This document shows positions 62,897 to 64,000 of a DNA stretch of 64,000 bases, in pieces. Source of the DNA: Octopus sinensis (lineage: Eukaryota). How positions within the stretch are numbered: position 1 is the stretch's first letter; every line of letters begins with the position of its first letter. Below the pieces are notes generated by a model. That model searched no databases and was not told the DNA's origin. It saw nothing but the letters and a program-made list of their open reading frames with translations. The position numbers were made by a program, and so were the translations under genes. Location of the stretch: contig NW_021832430.1 in assembly GCF_006345805.1 (NCBI RefSeq), positions 124,001 through 188,000 on the forward strand, given 5' to 3'.

Positions 62897-64000
62897 ATGT
62901 ATTATCTCTTCATATTGATTGCTCAGATGAAAGCTTTTTGCTTTCCTCCAGTAATGGAAATGTTTGAGACGAATTTTATTTTTATAAAAGAACACAACAG
63001 CATAACCTGCCCAATAAAATCGTCTTCTTCTGATAATTACAAGTATTTGATTACTGTATGACATATTCAGGTGGACTAAAGACGGGGTTCCTATTAGATT
63101 GAATAATTCATTGTATCGTACTCATGGAAGAAATCTTGTTCTCTACGGGAGTTCAGTTGACACACAAGTTTTTGAATGCACTGTCGAGAATAAATGTGGA
63201 AAAGAAACATCTCTTCCATTTAAAGTGGATTATCTAAAGCTAGAACACAGTATATTTGTGACCAGTGACGAGTTTAGATTTTTATACTCATCATCAGCCG
63301 TTTACAATTCTCAGCACTAAGGGCATTAATGATAACTGCACTTGGTTCGAAAAAAATTACCGGTCGTCAGAATTTTATCGATTTCGTCCACATATTGGTG
63401 AACGAATATTTGAACTTGACAACGACATGTACTTTAGATTTTTTTGTGAATACGACTCGTTTTCTCAGTACATGTGCGATTTTAAGCACGGAAAAATGTT
63501 ATTTAATTTCAAATATGCCATGAAAGGTTTTTTTGTAATTTTAAACAAAAAAGAAACCAACTTTGAACCAGTTCCCTTTTTTCCAAAAGGAGAAAATATA
63601 AAACTTGAGTTTGGAAAATCCCACAAAATTACTCCTTGTATATTTTTTGGATGGTTTTTTTAAAAAATATATTTTTAGGGGAATTAATATAATAAATTAT
63701 TATCAGAATGATTATTTTATGGGACGCAACAGGATAACGTTGAGTTCACGAAACAAAGAGGATATATATGAATTCTATGGAATTCCTAGCTTCAACGGAA
63801 ACCCTTTAAATGACCGCAGGCTAAATTTTAGAGTTAGTTTTTACGGTTTGATTGTATAAAATATTCACAGAATTGCCTTCTATTTCCGACAAATTTCATT
63901 CACTGAATGCTACTATTGGAACAACAGCAATCTTTGAATGTTTTCCGAAATCAGGATACCCAAAGCCTACAATAAAGTGGTACTTGGATTCTGAGGAATA
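62897..64000 (+). CDS. Secreted/cell-surface multi-Ig-domain protein (L1CAM/neuroglian/contactin-like); runs off the window
   Basis: Signal-like MYYLFILIAQMKAFC; Ig1 ITCP..WTKDG..FECTVENKCG; Ig2 ERIFELDNDMYF..YMC; Ig3 PVPFFP..CIFFG; Ig4 AIFECFPKSGYPKPTIKW. Confidence 0.65.

Overview
AT-rich, very compact eukaryotic (animal) nuclear DNA. About 19 intron-riddled host genes can be reconstructed by hand: CFAP54, LIS1, WASP, a syntaxin, EMRE, TFIIA alpha/beta, calcyphosine-like, a TM/coiled-coil gene, cytidine deaminase, centlein-like, PP2A-B56, Shaker-type Kv, CCDC34, eL27, a cathepsin-L-family protease, DCAF15-like, a C2H2 zinc-finger protein and an L1CAM/contactin-like Ig protein. They are separated by patches of transposon debris (CRE-like and other REL LINEs, APE-type LINEs, pogo, hAT, Tc1, Merlin, Ginger-like, Helitron-like). 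Nearly all introns are about 22-31 nt. Together with animal-type and motile-cilium genes, this points to a dicyemid (or orthonectid) mesozoan; that assignment is inference. The strongest novelty candidate is the splicing. Three different genes need introns ending in TG instead of AG (cytidine deaminase in both copies, LIS1, probably DCAF15). All start GTA and share TAATATT 4-5 nt upstream of the 3' end. CFAP54 alone appears to need four GC-AG introns. Other notable items: a Kv1-like channel whose S4 has lost most gating charges, a 4.5-kb tandem duplication joined by a Helitron-like minisatellite with apparent reciprocal gene loss, and 23-38-bp locally templated patches at rearrangement junctions. 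All gene models were spliced by eye, protein identities come from recalled family motifs rather than database searches, and some boundaries are approximate.
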